From Takakia lepidozioides (taxonomy: Eukaryota > Plantae > Bryophyta), in contig JAKLZA010000019.1 of the NCBI GenBank assembly GCA_030704615.1, positions 1 to 8,000 on the forward strand: a DNA stretch of 8,000 nucleotides, read 5' to 3'. Below, piece by piece: positions 7,748-8,000 of the stretch (position 1 is its first letter; the number at the start of each line of letters is the position of its first letter). The position numbers and the translations under genes are program-made. The notes beneath the pieces are model-generated. The model was not told the DNA's origin and did no database searches. It worked only from the letters and a program-made list of their open reading frames with translations.

Positions 7748-8000
7748 TCAAAATTGAATGGAAATGGGCATCTCTTCTGGCCTCCCTGACATGACAACGA
7801 CATTGGCGGCTCTGTCAGTGAATCTGTCAGCTATTGCACTGGTGGTGCAATTCTGAGAGAACAATTGTGTATGAGGACGCCAAAACTCCACTCTCACACA
7901 ACCTGCATTCAGAAGCACCATCGGACTTTGAACTGTACTTTCTGTAGCAACATCGACATATGGCTTCCCAGGTTGTGGGCTCCCTTGACGCGGACTTCTT
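7748..8000 (-). CDS. Partial ORF with CxxC-x13-CxxC zinc ribbon, resembling the RPA70 C-terminal OB fold (truncated by window edge, one frameshift near 7850)
   Basis: KKSASREPTTWEAICRCCYRKYSSKSDGASECRLCESGVLASSYTIVLSE then, in the adjacent frame, CTTSAIADRFTDRAANVV. This resembles the Y.AC..C.KK...C..C...Y.l.l.lsD.Tg...F.d.A pattern. Recognised by eye only. Confidence 0.4.
   Translation of the reverse strand, partial: RSPRQGSPQPGKPYVDVATESTVQSPMVLLNAGCVRVEFWRPHTQLFSQNCTTSAIADRFTDRAANVVVMSGRPEEMPISIQF

Overview
Eukaryotic DNA, most likely from a non-seed land plant (inferred from GT-AG introns and a PHD-bearing retroelement remnant), composed largely of transposon-like sequence. Positions 1-~835 are the decayed 3' end of an LTR retrotransposon: a PHD finger, a polypurine tract and a probable LTR start. 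From ~836 there are poly-C subterminal-like repeats and a ~100-bp tandem duplication. Most of the window (~1760-6930, minus strand) is one spliced gene of about 9 exons and ~950 aa that fuses an N-terminal ParB/Sulfiredoxin-type domain (VWDGNHRL) to a C-terminal beta-class amino-DNA-methyltransferase-like domain (DIPD ... EKS ... VVDLSMGTG ... GRHFFGMEAD). The ORF track misses it because of the introns and several 1-nt frameshifts. Its two long introns each hold six copies of a 24-bp near-perfect palindrome, CAACMTTGCGT(TG/CA)ACGCAAKGTTG, reminiscent of parS-type sites or an MTase target array. At the right edge is a partial Zn-ribbon ORF resembling the RPA70 C-terminal OB fold. Overall this looks like a large DNA transposon carrying a bacterial-type ParB-MTase cargo gene together with its own palindrome array.
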